This document shows positions 52,165-62,948 of a DNA stretch of 64,000 nt, in pieces. Source of the stretch: Nemertoderma westbladi (taxonomy: Eukaryota; Animalia; Xenacoelomorpha). The position numbers and the translations under genes were made by a program. Under the pieces are notes generated by a model, which was given only the letters and a program-made list of their open reading frames with translations, was not told the DNA's origin and searched no databases. The stretch spans positions 62,001 through 126,000 of the forward strand of contig JAUCBJ010009153.1 in assembly GCA_032718475.1 (NCBI GenBank), read 5' to 3'. Each line of letters starts with the position of its first letter. Positions within the stretch are counted from its first letter, which is position 1.

Positions 52165-52690
52165 TGTTAGCTTATCCAATTCCGCTAACACAAACCCATA
52201 GAGTGAGCCATAAAGCAATATTGGGAGCACGAGGTTGATCACCAATCAACCTCGTGTCAGCCCAGTAAACGGGGACAATAGGCCCCAAAGGAAGCACACA
52301 ATAGAGGGTCAGGGGCCAAACCCCTAACCCAAGGAGAACACAGGGAGTGAAGGGAAACACTCCAAAGGGTGCCAACAAGGGTATCAACCAATCAGAGGGG
52401 GGAAAGGCATCGATTGAGTAGCAATAAGGCCACCGTGCAATATAACCAGTAACCTGTAATCATTCATTCAGTTTACTCAGTCAGATCAGTAGGGTGGAAC
52501 GGGGACTTCTGTCACCGTCCGCTACCGCCATCATACTTATATTACCTGTTGTGTTATACTATATATATATCAGACTATTATACCTTATACATATAACCGG
52601 ACACCAGAACTGTTTCACCTTTCACACAACGGCGGGGACGCGTGGATAGAAAACCCAACGGATAAACCGGGATCCGTAGATCCCGTCACA
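52165..52690 (+). repeat. 3' LTR (526 bp)
   Basis: Direct repeat of 45618-46143, followed by TSD AGTAC. Confidence 0.97.
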
Positions 52691-55600
52691 AGTACTACCT
52701 AGTAAAACAAACAAAGTTCGGCACTCTACCAGTACTACCTAGTGAAACTCAAAGTTCGGCCATCTACCAGTACTACCTAGTAAAACAAACAAAGTTCGGC
52801 ACTCTACCGGTACTACCTAGTAAAACAAACAAAGTTCGGCACTCTAGCGGTACTACCTAGTGAAACAAACAAAGTTCGGCACTCTACCAGTACTACCTAG
52901 TGAAACTCAAAGTTCGGCCATCTACCAGTACTACCTAGTAAAACAAACAAAGTTCGGCACTCTACCAGTACTACCTAGTGAAACTCAAAGTTCGGCCATC
53001 TACCAGTACTACCTAGTAAAACAAACAAAGTTCGGCACTCTACCAGTACTACCCAGTGAAACAAACAAAGTTCGGCACTCTACCAGTACTACCTAGTGAA
53101 ACTCAAAGTCCAGCACTCTACCAGTACTACCTAGTGAAACAAACAAAGTTCGGCACTCTACCGGTACTACCTAGTGAAACAAACAAAGTTCGGCACTCTA
53201 CCAGTACTACCTAGTGAAACTCAATGTTCGGCCATCTACCAGTACTACCTAGTAAAACAAACAAAGTTCGGCACTCTACCAGTACTACCTAGTGAAACAA
53301 ACAAAGTTCGGCACTCTACCGGTACTACCTAGTGAAACTCAAAGTTCGGCACTCTACCAGTACTACCTAGTAAAACAAACAAAGTGCGGCACTCTAACGG
53401 TACTACCTAGTAAAACTCAAAGTTCGGCACTCTACCGATACTACCTAGTAAAACAAACAAAGTGCGGCACTCTACCAGTACTACCTAGTAAAACTCAAAG
53501 TTCGGCAATCTACCAGTACTACCTAGTAAAACAAACAAAGTTCGGCACTCTACCAGTACTACCCAGTAAAACAAACAAAGTTCGGCACTCTACCAGTACT
53601 ACCTAGTAAAACAAACAAAGTGCGGCACTCTACAGGTACTACCTAGTGAAACTCAAAGTTCGGCCATCTACCAGTACTACCTAGTAAAACAAACAAAGTT
53701 CGGCACTCTACCAGTACTACCTAGTGAAACAAACAAAGTTCGGCACTCTACCGGTACTACCTAGTGAAACTCAAAGTCCGGCACTCTACCAGTACTACCT
53801 AGTAAAACAAACAAAGTGCGGCACTCTACCAGTACTACCTAGTAAAACAAACAAAGTTCGGCACTCTACCGGTACTACCTAGTAAAACAAACAAGGTGCG
53901 GCACTCTACCAGTACTACCTAGTAAAACGCAAAGTCCGGCACTCTACCGGTACTACCTAGTGAAACAAACAAAGTTCGGCACTCTACCAGTACTACCTAG
54001 TAAAACAAACAAAGTGCGGCACTCTACCAGTACTACCTAGTAAAACTCAAAGTCCGGCACTCTACCGGTACTACCTAGTGAAACAAACAAAGTCCGGCAC
54101 TCTACCAGTACTACCTAGTGAAACTCAAAGTTCGGCAATCTACCAGTACTACTTAGTAAAACAAACAAAGTGCGGCACTCTACCAGTACTACCTAGTAAA
54201 ACTCAAAGTCCGGCACTCTACCAGTACTACCTAGTAAAACAAACAAAGTTCGGCACTCTACCGGTACTACCTCGTAAAACAAAGAAAGTGCGGCACTCTT
54301 CCAGTACTACCTAGTAAAACAAACAAAGTGCGGCACTCTACCAGTACTACCTAGTAAAACAAACAAAGTTCGGCACTCTACCGGTACTACCTAGTAAAAC
54401 AAACAAAGTGCGGCACTCTACCAGTACTACCTAGTAAAACAAACAAAGTCCGGCACTCTACTAGTACTACCTAGTAAAACAAACAAAGTGCGGCACTCTA
54501 CCAGTACTACCTCGTAAAACAAAGAAAGTGCGGCACTCTTCCAGTACTACCTAGTAAAACAAACAAAGTGCGGCACTCTACCGGTACTACCTCGTAAAAC
54601 AAAGAAAGTGCGGCACTCTTCCAGTACTACCTAGTAAAACAAACAAAGTGCGGCACTCTACCAGTACTACCTAGTAAAACAAACAAAGTGCGGCACTCTA
54701 CCAGTACTACCTAGTAAAACAAACAAAGTGCGGCACTCTACCAGTACTACCTAGTAAAACAAACAAAGTGCGGCACTCTACCGGTACTACCTCGTAAAAC
54801 AAACAAAGTGCGGCACTCTACCGGTACTACCTCGTAAAACAAAGAAAGTGCGGCACTCTTCCAGTACTACCTAGTAAAACAAACAAAGTGCGGCACTCTA
54901 CCAGTACTACCTAGTAAAACAAACAAAGTGCGGCACTCTACCTGTACTCCCTATTAAAACAAACAAAGTCCGGCACTCTACCAGTACTACCTAGTAAAAC
55001 AAACAAAGTGCGGCACTCTACCAGTACTACCTAGTAAAACTCAAAGTTCGGCACTCTACCGGTACCACCTAGTAAAACTCAAAGTTCGGCAATCTACCAG
55101 TACTACCTAGTAAAACAAACAAAGTTCGGCACTCTACCAGTACTACCTAGTGAAACAAACAAAGTGCGGCACTCTACCAGTACTACCTAGTAAAACAAAC
55201 AAAGTCCGGCACTCTACTAGTACTACCTAGTAAAACAAACAAAGTGCGGCACTCTACCAGTACTACCTAGTAAAACAAACAAAGTGCGGCACTCTACCGG
55301 TACTACCTAGTAAAACAAACAAAGTTCGGCACTCTACCAGTACTACCTAGTGAAACAAACAAAGTGCGGCACTCTACCAGTACTACCTAGTAAAACAAAC
55401 AAAGTCCGGCACTCTACTAGTACTACCTAGTAAAACTCAAAGTTCGGCACTCTACCAGTACTACCTAGTAAAACAAACAAAGTGCGGCACTCTACCGGTA
55501 CTACCTAGTAAAACAAACAAAGTTCGGCACTCTACCGGTACTACCTAGTGAAACAAACAAAGTCCGGCACTCTACCGGTACTACCTAGTGAAACTCAAAG

Positions 55601-58600
55601 TCCGGCACTCTACCGGTACTACCTAGTGAAACTCAAAGTTCGGCACTCTACCAGTACTACCTAGTAAAACAAACAAAGTTCGGCACTCTACCGGTACTAC
55701 CTAGTGAAACAAACAAAGTCCGGCACTCTACCAGTACTACCTAGTGAAACAAACAAAGTGCGGCACTCTACCGGTACTACCTAGTGAAACAAACAAAGTC
55801 CGGCACTCTACCAGTACTACCTAGTGAAACAAACAAAGTTCGGCACTCTACCGGTACTACCTAGTGAAACAAACAAAGTCCGGCACTCTACCAGTACTAC
55901 CTAGTGAAACAAACAAAGTGCGGCACTCTACCAGTACTATCTAGTAAAACAAACAAAGTCCGGCACTCTACTAGTACTACCTAGTAAAACAAACAAAGTG
56001 CGGCACTCTACCAGTACTACCTAGTAAAACAAACAAAGTCCGGCACTCTACTAGTACTACCTAGTAAAACTCAAAGTTCGGCACTCTACCAGTACTACCT
56101 AGTAAAACAAACAAAGTGCGGCACTCTACCGGTACTACCTAGTAAAACCAACAAAGTCCGGCACTCTACCAGTACTACCTAGTGAAACAAACAAAGTTCG
56201 GCACTCTACCGGTACTACCTAGTGAAACAAACAAAGTCCGGCACTCTACCAGTACTACCTAGTGAAACAAACAAAGTTCGGCACTCTACCGGTACTACCT
56301 AGTGAAACAAACAAAGTCCGGCACTCTACCAGTACTACCTAGTGAAACAAACAAAGTGCGGCACTCTACCAGTACTATCTAGTAAAACAAACAAAGTCCG
56401 GCACTCTACTAGTACTACCTAGTAAAACAAACAAAGTGCGGCACTCTACCAGTACTACCTAGTAAAACAAACAAAGTGCGGCACTCTACCGGTACTACCT
56501 AGTAAAACCAACAAAGTGCGGCAATCTACCAGTACTACCTAGTAAAACTCAAAGTTCGGCGCTCTACCAGTACTACCTAGTAAAACAAACAAAGTCCGGC
56601 ACTCTACCAGTACTACCCAGTAAAACAAACAAAGTTCGGCACTCTACCGGTACTACCTAGTGAAACAAACAAAGTCCGGCACTCTACCGGTACTACCTAG
56701 TGAAACTCAAAGTCCGGCACTCTACCAGTACTACCTAGTAAAACAAACAAAGTTCGGCACTCTACCGGTACTACCTAGTGAAACAAACAAAGTCCGGCAC
56801 TCTACCAGTACTACCTAGTGAAACAAACAAAGTGCGGCACTCTACCAGTACTATCTAGTAAAACAAACAAAGTCCGGCACTCTACTAGTACTACCTAGTA
56901 AAACAAACAAAGTGCGGCACTCTACCAGTACTACCTAGTAAAACAAACAAAGTCCGGCACTCTACTAGTACTACCTAGTAAAACTCAAAGTTCGGCACTC
57001 TACCAGTACTACCTAGTAAAACAAACAAAGTGCGGCACTCTACCGGTACTACCTAGTAAAACCAACAAAGTGCGGCAATCTACCAGTACTACCTAGTAAA
57101 ACTCAAAGTTCGGCGCTCTACCAGTACTACCTAGTAAAACAAACAAAGTCCGGCACTCTACCAGTACTACCCAGTAAAACAAACAAAGTTCGGCACTCTA
57201 CCGGTACTACCTAGTGAAACAAACAAAGTCCGGCACTCTACCGGTACTACCTAGTGAAACTCAAAGTCCGGCACTCTACCGGTACTACCTAGTGAAACTC
57301 AAAGTTCGGCACTCTACCAGTACTACCTAGTGAAACTCAAAGTCCGGCACTCTACCAGTACTACCTAGTAAAACAAACAAAGTTCGGCACTCTACCGGTA
57401 CTACCTAGTGAAACAAACAAAGTCCGGCACTCTACCGGTACTACCTAGTGAAACTCAAAGTCCGGCACTCTACCGGTACTACCTAGTGAAACTCAAAGTT
57501 CGGCACTCTACCAGTACTACCTAGTGAAACTCAAAGTCCGGCACTCTACCAGTACTACCTAGTGAAACAAACAAAGTGCGGCACTCTATCAGTACTACCT
57601 AGTGAAACTCAAAGTTCGGCCATCTACCAGTACTACCTAGTAAAACAAACAAAGTTCGGCACTCTACCAGTACTACCTAGTGAAACAAACAAAGTTCGGC
57701 ACTCTACCGGTACTACCTAGTGAAACTCAAAGTTCGGCACTCTACCAGTACTACCTAGTAAAACAAACAAAGTGCGGCACTCTAACGGTACTACCTAGTA
57801 AAACTCAAAGTTCGGCACTCTACCGATACTACCTAGTAAAACAAACAAAGTGCGGCACTCTACCAGTACTACCTAGTAAAACTCAAAGTTCGGCAATCTA
57901 CCAGTACTACCTAGTAAAACAAACAAAGTTCGGCACTCTACCAGTACTACCTAGTGAAACTCAAAGTTCGGCCATCTACCAGTACTACCTAGTAAAACAA
58001 ACAAAGTTCGGCACTCTACCAGTACTACCTAGTGAAACAAACAAAGTTCGGCACTCTACCGGTACTACCTAGTGAAACTCAAAGTCCGGCACTCTACCAG
58101 TACTACCTAGTAAAACAAACAAAGTGCGGCACTCTACCAGTACTACCTAGTAAAACAAACAAAGTTCGGCACTCTACCGGTACTACCTTGTAAAACAAAC
58201 AAAGTGCGGCACTCTACCAGTACTACCTAGTAAAACTCAAAGTCCGGCACTCTACCGGTACTACCTAGTGAAACAAACAAAGTTCGGCACTCTACCAGTA
58301 CTACCTAGTAAAACAAACAAAGTGCGGCACTCTACCAGTACTACCTAGTAAAACTCAAAGTCCGGCACTCTACCGGTACTACCTAGTGAAACAAACAAAG
58401 TCCGGCACTCTACCAGTACTACCTAGTGAAACTCAAAGTTCGGCAATCTACCAGTACTACCTAGTAAAACAAACAAAGTGCGGCACTCTACCAGTACTAC
58501 CTAGTAAAACTCAAAGTCCGGCACTCTACCAGTACTACCTAGTAAAACAAACAAAGTTCGGCACTCTACCGGTACTACCTAGTAAAACAAAGGAAGTGCG

Positions 58601-59217
58601 GCACTCTACCAGTACTACCTAGTAAAACAAACAAAGTGCGGCACTCTACCAGTACTACCTAGTAAAACAAACAAAGTTCGGCACTCTACCGGTACTACCT
58701 AGTAAAACAAACAAAGTGCGGCACTCTACTAGTACTACCTAGTAAAACAAACAAAGTGCGGCACTCTACCTGTACTCCCTATTAAAACAAACAAAGTCCG
58801 GCACTCTACGAGTACTACCTAGTAAAACAAACAAAGTGCGGCACTCTACCAGTACTACCTAGTAAAACTCAAAGTTCGGCACTCTACCGGTACCACCTAG
58901 TAAAACTCAAAGTTCGGCAATCTACCAGTACTACCTAGTAAAACAAACAAAGTTCGGCACTCTACCAGTACTACCTAGTGAAACAAACAAAGTGCGGCAC
59001 TCTACCAGTACTACCTAGTAAAACAAACAAAGTCCGGCACTCTACTAGTACTACCTAGTAAAACAAACAAAGTGCGGCACTCTACCAGTACTACCTAGTA
59101 AAACAAACAAAGTGCGGCACTCTACCGGTACTACCTAGTAAAACAAACAAAGTTCGGCACTCTACCAGTACTACCTAGTGAAACAAACAAAGTGCGGCAC
59201 TCTACCAGTACTACCTA
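52691..59217. repeat. 40/39-bp tandem satellite, block 5
   Basis: Resumes in register after the TSD; ends abruptly at ...CTACCTA|TGATG. Confidence 0.99.
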
Positions 59218-59355
59218 TGATGAATTATTTCACTATAAGGTAGCATTTGTAGTTTAACTTTAACGTAAAAACTTTCGAAAATCCGACGTATTTTGATTAA
59301 GTTACAGTAATGTAATATGCCTATTCATATTTGTACACATAAAACCCTTAGGTAC

Positions 59356-59430
59356 TCTCGTGGCGTAGTGGTCAGATGGTTAAGGCGTTGGTTACATTAC
59401 ATAGGTTACGAGGTCGAATCCCGGTCGGGA
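59356..59430 (+). pseudogene. tRNA-like / SINE-head-like segment
   Basis: A-box-like TGGCGTAGTGG and TGGTCAGATGGTTAAGGCG; B-box-like GGTCGAATCCC. Confidence 0.45.
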
Positions 59431-61059
59431 AATTTGTATTTTGGGGCCATTTATTTTCGTTTGGTGCTAATTGGTAGGCCAATGAGAAGCGTACAGCGTA
59501 GCGAATGATGAGCCAGGCCAATCATAGGGTGTAAAAGCTTTTGTGGGATAACTGATTCGTTTGCCTTGTTGGCCAGTTCCCCCCCAGTCGCTAAGAATAC
59601 TCTCAAAGTGATCTACAGCTAAAAATAGTGCAAGTTACCAGCTTATTGGCTGATTTGCTGTACGCAGGCATCTGGGCTCTGTTTAATCGGCCAACAAGCC
59701 TAGGGAGGTTGCGTCATAGCCTTGTTTTTGTATCTCCCAATAGAATTTGAGTTAGCCTTGATTTTGACCTATCACAGGCTACTGAACTGAAATTTGCCTA
59801 TCTCACTGCTCTTTCTCTGTGTTGAACGGGAGCTTCGTGGAATAAGGGAGTTGGTATCCTCGTATAGAGCAGTAGTCACGAGTTTTTCAAAGCCACGAAA
59901 GAACGGCTTTTTAGTGTTTTGTGCTTTCTGCTTTTTAGCTCAACACTAGTAGGTTTAATTATAAGGACATATATCCTTTAACTGGCGACAGCAACTGCTG
60001 CCACACGGCTTTTAATAACTGCTGAAACTGCTAAAATTACCTGCTCAATCAATACTGTATACTGCTATTTGTTGTCAGTTATTCATTATATTTGTTGATG
60101 AATTATTATATTGGAATAACGAGAAATAACCCCGACACCCAATATTCTTGATATACCGAAGGTAAGAGAGAAAGGTTACCAATAACGATTGTGACTTATG
60201 TTAAAGTGGTTTGAAGTGAATCTAATGTTATTTGATAGACCCTACATGAGTCAGTCTGTGTTCCTTCTATACGTGACTAAAATCAGTGAAGATTGGCAGA
60301 TTAGTGTGCAGTATTGTGCAGCATTGCGTATGAGTGAGTCTGTTAAAGAAGCATTTCCTAAAGAATGTGCCATATATGTGAAATATAATTAAGCCATATC
60401 GTTGTGAGTAGTTTAAGTCATAACTCTGTTTATATAGATAAAGCGCCACGTCCTAAAGGAACTGTTAATATTCCCGAAGGTGAATAATATTGTCAGAGAT
60501 TATATAATACTGTCAGTCGAATAATACATTAGGCTTACATAGCAATAAAATTAAACCGTCGAACCCAATCTCCCGGGAATATCCAGCGGGTGAATGGTCG
60601 CGCACAGATTGGTTTCGACTAGTGTAGTGAATCAAATACTTGTCATAGGCTAAAAAGCGATTTAATATCTAGAAGACATCTTAATTTGGCGGGTTAAACT
60701 GCCAAAGGTCTGAAAGCGCGAACATTAAAGGATATAGCTTCTTTGTTGCAGTAAGCAATAAAGTTGAAAGTACCGGTCAACCGGTAAACCTGAATCGGTA
60801 CATCTGTAGGTCAGTAGGCCCAACCGCTAGAACCGGTACTTCTGTAGGTCCGTAGGCCTAACTGTCCTAACCGGTACCTCCCGTATAAGTACATTAGTAT
60901 TATTCGATTTGATTGTTGTATACCGGTAGGTCTTAGTATTTAATCAGGGAACGGCCGCCCTGGTTTTTTATTGAGATTTTACTTATTTCTGTCAAGTTTT
61001 ATTTGTTTGTAGGCCAGTATTGAACAGAAGGCGTGTAAGCCTGATCAGATTGTACAGAC

Positions 61060-61630
61060 AATTTGTAGGCTGAGCTGTTGTCTGATTGCTGTTAAGTCCG
61101 AACGGATTGCCGCGTGTGTAGATCATCTGTCCGATTAAGTACGTTTAGGCAGTAGGGGCAGCGAACGCTGTAAGGTAAACCCCCAACTAAAGAATAAGTC
61201 GCACTACTGGGTTAGAGCGCATACTCCCTAATCATTTCAGAGTCTGCATGTCCTGTAGTTTATTTAGGCTTGAGAGTAGTCTGCCATCGTTTAGTCTGTA
61301 CTTTGTTTGTGTAAGTCTGTACGGGTAGCGTATAATTTTATTTAGATAATTTGTAGGCTGGATAGTTGTCTGGCTGTTATTAGGTCTGAGCGGATTGCCG
61401 CGTGTGTAGATCATCTGTCCGATTAAGTACGGTTAGGCAGTAGGGGCAGCGAACGCTGTAAGGTAAACCCCCAACTAAAGAATAAGTCGCACTACTGGGT
61501 TAGAGCGCATACTCCCTAATCATTTCGGAGTCTGCATATACCGTAGTTTGTTTAGGCTTGATAGTAGTCTGTCAGTGTTCGGTCTGTATTTTGTTTGAGT
61601 AGTTTGTACGCGTAGCGTAATATTTATTAT
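61060..61630. repeat. Two-copy tandem repeat, period 288 bp
   Basis: AATTTGTAGGCTG at 61060 and 61348; core 61103-61238 vs 61391-61526 differs at one base. Confidence 0.92.
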
Positions 61631-62948
61631 TCAGAGTTTATGCGATTATCCGCAACATTCATTCCCCAAGTTTGTTCCTACAGTAATTGTGTTTGTTATA
61701 CATACCGCTATAGTTAAATTAACCCCGGTACTACACGGGCTGCTCGGCGTAGGTAAAGACTGGTGATTTTGTGCATCGGTCACTCCAGCAGATGCCGTGG
61801 TTCTTTTAGCTGTTCAAGTATATTTAACTACTGATTATCTGTTGTACAAGTACTCGTACCTAATTTAGGGTTTAGTGTACAGTACTTTCCGAAGTAATTA
61901 TTGTAGACATTATATCTGTGTTGTAAAGTGGTTGATAGGCACATTCGATTAGCTCTATTAACTTCTAGGTAGGAACACTCCGTGATACATAACGTAGAAC
62001 CTATAGCGATACGGCTATAGGTCGTCAGGCGGTGGTATTTTCCTATCTAGACAACGCAGTGTATTTACTACTACTTATTATTTCAAATACCGTAGTACCC
62101 TGTCCGTTGTAATAACCGGTTATCTAACCCTTTGTTAGGCTGGTTTGTAGACTTCTTGTAAAATTACCCTAAAAATTCGTATTTTGTGTTTTTTTGTAAA
62201 TTTTTGTGTTTATTTAGAGATTGTAATCTCACCCGAATTGTACGTAATTTGTAGTATTAAGTAACTTAGGTAAATTAGTATTATTTGTTTTAGTGTCCTA
62301 TAAGTAACACTTCATTGAAAGCGCACCGCTTTGTGTAGTGATTACTCCCCAGAAATAATAACATTTATTTCAAACATTGACTAAACCCATTAAAACGGGT
62401 ATATATATATTATAAATCAAATCTAACGATTTATAAATAGTAGGCCTACCATATAACAATTAGGTCTCCATATCAGTTGGACTACTGCTCAAATAACGGT
62501 AATAAAGTAAGTAAAGTAACAAAGTAACCCTAAAGTAACAGAAATTCAATTATTTGAAATAATTGATATACCGGTATTTACGATAGGCCTATTATCTTTA
62601 TTTCTATAAATCTAGGCTGAAATTATACCGGTACTTGTAATTAATTCTATTTCAGAATTATATATCCTACAAACTGTAAGCTGTATACCGGTATTCCAGA
62701 TAGGCCTATTATATATTTATATATATTGGTGCTAAAATTATACCGGTATTCTGTGATAAACCTAGTCTGTAATAATACTTATATACTTATATATACTATA
62801 AGTATACCGGTATTCTAATATATTATATATACCACGCTGCATTGAGTAGCAATACTGGTAATTAATTATTAGGCTAACAGTTAATACTGAGTTACTAGAC
62901 TTGCTCAGACTGTAATACAGCAGTAGACATTCAACGGTATACATAGTC

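Larger units (their letters stand above)
45618..52690 (+). mobile_element. Non-autonomous BEL/Pao-derived LTR retrotransposon (7,073 bp; gag-like ORF, no pol)
   Basis: TG...CA 526-bp LTRs; 5-bp TSD AGTAC (45613-45617 and 52691-52695); PPT; BEL-type N-terminal VKPKDSVSSV motif and Cys/His knuckles. Confidence 0.9.

Noticed and set aside
45625-52387. Antisense and alternative-frame ORFs across the LTR element, including the VELVEL/NSTT ORFs
   Set aside because: Shadows of a GC-rich ORF or of simple repeats; no env, RT or integrase motifs
1863-58622. Short ORFs of the YQYYLVKQTKFGTLPVLPS type
   Set aside because: Translations of the satellite, opened by chance alternation of 39- and 40-bp monomers, mostly with GTG/TTG starts
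599-59217. CRISPR array
   Set aside because: Monomers are contiguous with no unique spacers, no cas genes, eukaryotic retroelement context
599-59217. CENP-B box in the satellite (TTCG...CGG)
   Set aside because: Spacing and core do not fit TTCGNNNNANNCGGG
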